From contig RBNJ01000139.1 in the NCBI GenBank assembly GCA_003990765.1, positions 1 through 39,522 of the forward strand: DNA of 39,522 nt, read 5' to 3'. Made by a program: the position numbers and the translations under genes. This stretch comes from Jimgerdemannia flammicorona. Lineage: Eukaryota. Of the stretch, positions 39,201 through 39,522 are shown piece after piece. The notes under the pieces are model-generated. The model made no database searches and was not told the DNA's origin. It saw only the letters and a list, made by a program, of their open reading frames with translations. Each line of letters starts with the position of its first letter. Position 1 is the first letter of the stretch.

Positions 39201-39522
39201 TATATGGCAATATTGGTAAAGAGTAGGTTTCTTAATTTTTTTCCAAATTCCTCACACTTGATGACTTTTTGAGAATTTAACCAATCTTGTTAAAAATATC
39301 CAGGGATATACAGAATACTGTACCCCTACTGAAATTTCAAAAGTAACAGTCAAAGAGCAAGTTGCATGCAAGTATGACACAGCCTGCACAACAATAGTGG
39401 CCATAATCTGAGGATCTTTGAGCATGAACTAAAGTCATGTTTCAGCATATGTCAATAGTAATTGAGACCATTGATGATTGATATATTTACAGAGTAGTAG
39501 TGATGAAGGGGAGGGGGTCCCC

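Noticed and set aside
38640-39522. Remainder of the gypsy B LTR or ORF 38916-39272
   Set aside because: No partner LTR in the window to define the end; degraded AT-rich sequence with no recognisable protein.

Overview
Eukaryotic fungal DNA. The GH18+CBM19-like chitinase, NB-ARC/TPR relic and 'WIPY'-type TKL kinase suggest an early-diverging Mucoromycota genome, e.g. Endogonales or Glomeromycotina-like (inference). The left ~14.5 kb is CpG-rich and genic. It holds an intact 4-exon secreted GH18 chitinase, a decayed NB-ARC-TPR (NLR-like) gene abutting an LRR fragment, and an apparently intact 6-exon gene for a signal-peptide-bearing arrestin-like protein. The right ~25 kb is CpG-depleted and C>T/G>A-eroded. 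It begins with a pseudogenised gene in which ~11 RI-like LRRs, each on its own 84-nt phase-1 exon, run into a protein kinase. A transposon nest follows: two dUTPase-encoding Ty3/gypsy elements, a Ty1/copia element with a Ty5-type half-tRNA PBS inserted into a gypsy LTR, a hAT-type palindromic MITE, and one copy of a ~1.18-kb non-coding poly(A)/TSD retroelement. A second copy of that retroelement, with the same 5' end, lies at 7.7-8.8 kb. All calls are by eye; no searches were run.
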